Shown here: piece after piece, positions 60,352 through 64,000 of the stretch
Layout of the letters: every line of letters begins with the position of its first letter
Position numbering within the stretch: position 1 is the first letter of the stretch
Origin: Octopus vulgaris
Lineage: Eukaryota
DNA: 64,000 nucleotides
Assembly (NCBI GenBank): GCA_951406725.2
Contig: OX597833.1
Location: 49,600,001 to 49,664,000 of the forward strand
Direction: 5' to 3'
Translations under genes and position numbers: made by a program
Notes under the pieces: generated by a model
Database searches by the model: none
The model's input: the letters and a program-made list of their open reading frames with translations, nothing else
Told to the model about the DNA's origin: nothing

Positions 60352-60573
60352 GGCGGCGAGCTGGCAAAACCGTTAGCACGTCGAGCAAGATGCTTAACGG
60401 CATTTCGTCCGCTCTCTACTTTCTGAGTTCAAGTTCTGCCGAGGTCGATATTGTATTCCATCCATTTCAGATCTATAAAATAATTTGCTGAGTGAAAAAT
60501 GAGCAAAGGGGTCGATTTAATCTACTTGTTCCCTCCATACAAAAACAGCTGGCCCTGTGCCAAAGTTTGAAAC
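60352..60573 (+). mobile_element. SINE family B, diverged
   Basis: ggcggcgagctggcaaaaccgttagcacg head; gtgccaaagtttgaaac tail. Confidence 0.85.
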
Positions 60574-60574
60574 T

Positions 60575-60990
<416 letters not shown>

Positions 60991-61376
60991 CATTGATGCT
61001 TTTGTTGTTGCTGTTGTTATAATACCTCAGCAACGTTTTCAATTTCAGCACACATTTATATATCCTCACAGCCTCAGATTTCGTTTCCTAGACATGTGCA
61101 TGTTATGTTCTGTTCCTGTAACGATGTCTTTCGAAGAAGAACTTCGCTCACTTCAAATTGTTAATAACATTCAACATCTTATCTCTGATGATATATAGGA
61201 GAGTTTATTTTAGTATCATTTCTTTTATTAGAACCATCTTTTGTTGAAGGCATACAGGAAATAAAGTTATATTCCAAATGGTAAGCTATACAACTTCAGT
61301 CATATTAAACTTTCAGGTGCAAGAACTTTCTGCATATATCCGGTTCAGGAGGCACTGTTAGACAGTACATACTTCC

Positions 61377-61987
<611 letters not shown>

Positions 61988-62269
61988 AAAGCTATTACGT
62001 TTTAGACATGACGCAGCGCTTAAGAACCATGCACGCAGTTCGAAACTTGCATTGAGACGACTAATAACCTGTTCCTCGATAATTTTGTAAGGAAATTAGA
62101 AGCGGCAGGAATTGTTGAAGAGCGTAAACAGTCTAGGAGAACGCAGGACAAGGCGCAGGTTATAATTGAAAAGAGGAAGACAGATAAGTTTGTCATATGG
62201 GTCTATGTGGAGCTAGCTTACAAGTAGCTAGTTTGAAGGAACTAATCCCAAAAGTCATCTTAGAGTATG

Positions 62270-62341
<72 letters not shown>

Positions 62342-62852
62342 TTTAATATGTAAACACAAAAATACATGATACTAGAATTATATGAAAGAAGGATAATACG
62401 TACTCAGACAAACAGACTTACAAACTGGCCAATGGACATTTAGATGAGATAGTAATGTATTACAATGCCAGGAATATATATGTAAATATGTTGAAGTTAA
62501 TAATAAAATGCAGTTACTCTGCAGCTGTATAATATTTTAACAATATATTTTCAAGAACTCTATTACGGAATTTAAATGCATACGGAAATATATCCAGCTG
62601 AATTGCATATTTTTTCCAATTAAAAACCTATCTGTTATTCATTTTATTGTTTATCAATACTGCGCTTAATTCAGAGAATTAACGCACTTGACGTACCATT
62701 TGGCTACAAACATATTTAGGTTCAACATTCCTCGGCTTCTTGATGTTGTTAACGTGTCTGAAAGTTTGTAGAGTTTCTGTACTGACAGACAGAAAAATGT
62801 CCACTAGAATTTGTTTGGAGTCTATTTATCTCCCATAAATTTTCTTTAAATG

Positions 62853-62995
62853 CTTAGCGGTTCGGCAAAAGGGACCGATAGAATAAGTACTAGGCTTACA
62901 AGGAATAAGTCCTGGGGTCGATTTGCTCGACTAAAGGTGGTGCTCCAGCATGGCAGCAGTCAAATAAATGACTGAAACAAGTAAAAGAGTAAAAG
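62853..62995 (+). mobile_element. SINE family A 3' fragment
   Basis: cttagcggttcggcaaaa...gactgaaacaagtaaaagagtaaaag. Confidence 0.88.
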
Positions 62996-64000
62996 ATGGA
63001 CTCTCACATTGAAGACTACGTGCGAATGTTCAGCTTTTACCAAATGGCCAGCATATATACTAAAAAGAAAAAAAATATGTTGCACTTATCAACTTTAGGT
63101 CTTGTTACTCATTAAGATGGTACTAATTTTAATTGTACTTGAATTTCAGAAATGGCAGTATGCTATTAATTTGACTCAGAATATGAAAATCTAGGGAAAA
63201 TTTGAGGTGACTATAAAGCGAAAAGACTGCTGCCAGTAGATATTTATATCTAATTACATGGCAATAGTTATTGTCAGTATATGCTAGACTACATTGTGGT
63301 GAGTTTATGTGAATGAAGTATATTGTTTCTTAACAGAAATATTATAGGAAAGAAAATGCATTACTCGGTGCCTTGGGAAATAATCATTCACTAAACAATT
63401 AGTTGAATGTCAAATTGAAACTCTGAAAATTTGAAAGTCAAATTGGAAACGTATTAGACTTTGTAATTTGCTTTGCTAACGGTTGTGCGATTGAGTTTAT
63501 ATAAAATTACTTATACTATAAATACACTTAGAGCAAATATTTTAATAGAATTATTTCTTAAGATTACCACTGTTGCTATAAGATAAATTTGACTTTAAAC
63601 TGGAGTTAGATTAAACTGGATACATCGTTAAATATCTCGGATTTTCATTTACGTGTATGTTACCAAGGTTTGTCAGTGATGTTACAGGCAAAACTCGATG
63701 TAGTTGTCTAGAAAAACGAAGTAGAATGGAGGTAAATGGCGTAAGCTTATTTTTTCTAGATCTTTCCTCGCCATGGTGGGAAGCAGTGTTTATCCTTACT
63801 ATGGCTTCTCCGTCACCAAAGCAGCTGAGTCGCCATTAAGACTATCTTCATACTTTCACCGCCAGAATATCTTGTCGCAATGGAAAACTTGTAGAACTGC
63901 TGCCAATTCTATTTCTGACATCTCACACTGACAGATACTGGATTTAGATGTATTAATTGAAGGCTTTAGTCCTTTTGATTGTGAGTATGATGAGTGTGAA

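Noticed and set aside
61125-61165. Possible decayed copy of the gaagagc..gctcgaaa motif
   Set aside because: Too degenerate to support.
63657-64000. Higher-complexity end segment as a host exon
   Set aside because: Only short frames (a 60-aa plus ORF and ~47 open minus-strand codons at the edge) with no recognisable domain; undecidable within this window.

Overview
This is AT-rich, repeat-saturated eukaryotic DNA with no protein-coding gene I can support. The SINE families and microsatellite load suggest an octopus or other coleoid cephalopod genome; that is inference from recollection, not verified. Almost all ORFs in the supplied track are microsatellite or SINE artefacts. The window contains about 20 copies of one tRNA-headed SINE (family A, with an internal TA/TG microsatellite) and about 14 of a second (family B, often multimeric with TSDs). 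It also holds 5'-truncated LINE remnants (R4/Dong-like RLE elements on (TAA)n, plus CR1, RTE and probable Tx1/L1), decayed Tc1 and mariner elements, and two non-autonomous Helitrons. The most notable signal is a set of about 9 minimal type-I hammerhead-ribozyme motifs from roughly 6 short, non-coding, Penelope/retrozyme-like families. Three different ones cluster at 33.2-34.2 kb, one inside a 504-bp terminally redundant unit. Several carry recurrent non-canonical cores (CCGAnGA, CUGUAGA). Hammerheads in Penelope-like elements and retrozymes are known in principle, so any novelty lies in these particular families and variants. All folds were read by eye and coordinates are approximate to a few bp.
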